Source: Phaeosaccion multiseriatum (Eukaryota > Protista > Ochrophyta, other classes). Taken from it: DNA of 64,000 nucleotides. Below the pieces are notes generated by a model. The model was not told where the DNA came from. It saw only the letters and a program-made list of their open reading frames with translations, and did no database searches. Position numbers and translations under genes: made by a program. Positions within the stretch are counted from its first letter, which is position 1. The number at the start of each line of letters is the position of its first letter. The stretch covers positions 1,612,001 through 1,676,000 of the forward strand of contig OZ218957.1 in the NCBI GenBank assembly GCA_965112735.1, read 5' to 3'. This document shows positions 63,867 to 64,000 of the stretch, in pieces.

Positions 63867-64000
63867 TGAGTGAGTGAGTGAGGGACAGCGAACAGAATCG
63901 CCTGCTCTCTCTCTCTCCGGGATTTATGGATAGGACAAGAACGAAAGGAAAGAGATCAGAGTAGGGGGGATAGATGCATTTGGGAGGAAAGACCAGGGGG

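Overview
Eukaryotic, GC-rich genomic DNA with microsatellite-filled introns; the gene content suggests a stramenopile-like protist or alga (inference only). Bases 1-16.6 kb are a nest of one site-specific non-LTR retrotransposon (CRE-like RT, C-terminal restriction-like endonuclease, N-terminal C2H2 finger plus two RING fingers). It has inserted repeatedly, always antisense, at GAGGGGTGTGAGA^AG, a motif inside each 75-bp unit of a host protein-coding zinc-finger repeat (C-x4-C-x9-C-x2-H, CTVEGCEKxxxxGGLCxRHG). Six insertion events are visible, from about 2 nt to a ~6.7-kb apparently full-length copy, mostly with ~12-bp target duplications. One is a chimera carrying 2.5 kb of a chromodomain Ty3/gypsy element plus an inverted piece of its own 5' region. 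The rest of the window holds mostly intron-rich genes: an IQ/CCCH/MORN protein whose stop-codon region is amplified ~26 times, a UbiA-like prenyltransferase, a TRIC-channel/bulb-lectin fusion behind two nested MITE-like elements, a tetraspanin, an E(z)-like CXC-SET methyltransferase, a Josephin-UIM-UBX protein, CCT3, DAD1, an ML-domain/cathepsin B fusion and the start of MPP-beta. All calls come from reading motifs by eye; no searches were run, and exon boundaries are approximate.
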